The notes beneath the pieces were generated by a model. It was not told the DNA's origin, made no database searches, and saw nothing but the letters and a program-made list of their open reading frames with translations. From Mustelus asterias (Eukaryota), in contig NC_135812.1 of NCBI RefSeq assembly GCF_964213995.1, positions 37,696,001 through 37,760,000 of the forward strand: DNA of 64,000 nucleotides. The letters are read 5' to 3'. Shown here piece by piece: positions 62,860-64,000 of this stretch. The position numbers and the translations under genes were made by a program. How positions within the stretch are numbered: position 1 is the first letter of the stretch; the number at the start of each line of letters is the position of its first letter.

Positions 62860-63830
62860 ATTTTGATTTGATTTTGATTTGATTTATTGTCACATGTATT
62901 AGCACACAGTGAAAAATATTGTTTCTTGCGCGCTATATAGACAAAGCATGACGTTCATAGAGAAGGAAACGAGAGAGTGCAGAATGTAGTGTTAAATATT
63001 GCTAGGGTGTAGAGAAAGATCAACTTAATGCAAGGTAGGTCCATTCAAAAGTCTGATGGCAGCCGGGAAGAAACTGTTCTTGAGTCGGTTGGTATGTGAC
63101 CTCATAGAAACCCTACAGTGCAGAAAGAGGCCATTTGGCCCATCGAGTCTGCACCGACCACAATCCCACCCAAGCCCTACCTCCATATCCCTACATATTT
63201 ATCCACTAATCCCTCTAACCTACGCATCTCAATGATACTAAGGGCAATTTTATCATGACCTCAGACTTTTACATCTTTTTCCCGACGGAAGAAGGTGGAA
63301 GAGAGAACGTCCGGGGTGCGTGGGGACTTTAATTATGCTGGCTGCTTTGCTGAGGCAGCGGGAAGTGTAGACAGAGTCAATGGATGGGAGGCTGGTTTGC
63401 GTGATGGATTGGGCTACATTCACGCCCTTTCGTAGTTTCTTGCAGTCTTGGGCAGAGCAGGAGCCATACCAAACTGTGGTACAACCAGAAAGAATGCTTT
63501 CTATGTAAAAATTGGTGAGAGCGTAGCTGATACGCCAAACTTCCTTTGTCTTCTGAGAAAGTAGAGGCGTTGGTGGGCTTTCTTAATTATAGAGTCAGCA
63601 TGGGGGAACCAGGACAGGTTGTTGGTGATCTGGACACCTAGAAACTTGAAGCTCTCGACTCTTTCTACTCCGTCTCCGTTGATGTAGACAGGGGCATGTT
63701 CTCCTTTACGCTTCCTGAAGTCACAACACCAGTTCACCAGATTCTCTTTCTTATTCCTGTACTCTGTTTCATCATTGTTTGAGATCCAACCCACTACGGG
63801 TGGTGTTGTCAGCAAACTTGAAAATCGAAT
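62860..63830 (-). mobile_element. Rex1/Babar-like LINE 3' part with nested SINE tail (63103-63257)
   Basis: HAPVYINGDGVERVESFKFLGVQITNNLSW...KKAHQRLYFLRR; (GATTT)n tail. Confidence 0.8.
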
Positions 63831-64000
63831 TAATCTGCTGTGTTTTTCCAACATTTTCTGTATTTATTTCTCTCATTTCTGTGAATGTTTTTGTCCTGGT
63901 TCTTGCCATGATTTCCACTGGAACGCTTGCATCTTTTCTAATGTGACCTCTGAATTTTATTGCTTTTGGTTCCTGTCAAACATGTTTCCCTCAACTGCTC

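Overview
Vertebrate genomic DNA, almost certainly from a shark: HE1-type V-SINEs, Deu-domain SINEs and dense CR1 LINEs point to this. Two spliced genes lie in tandem on the + strand. The first is the last three coding exons of BCL7B (19895-23807) followed by a long, repeat-poor putative 3' UTR. The second is exons 1-8 of the ciliopathy gene MKS1 (36110-61558, continuing beyond the window). Gene identities rest on my recollection of the human proteins plus splice-site and phase consistency, not on a database search. Most of the remaining sequence is decayed and often nested transposons (CR1, Penelope-like, Tigger, Gypsy, Rex1/Babar, SINEs); their boundaries are approximate unless a TSD or TIR is given. 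Most interesting observations: (1) a frame-preserving 30-nt candidate BCL7B microexon whose donor is the A-box of an old tRNA-SINE; (2) several minimal hammerhead-ribozyme motifs in Penelope-like repeats; (3) tandem RFX X-boxes at the MKS1 start; (4) a >4-kb G-rich CCAAT/GC-box minisatellite in MKS1 intron 1; (5) a GC-AG intron in MKS1. The long Pro-rich ORFs in the ORF track are repeat artefacts.
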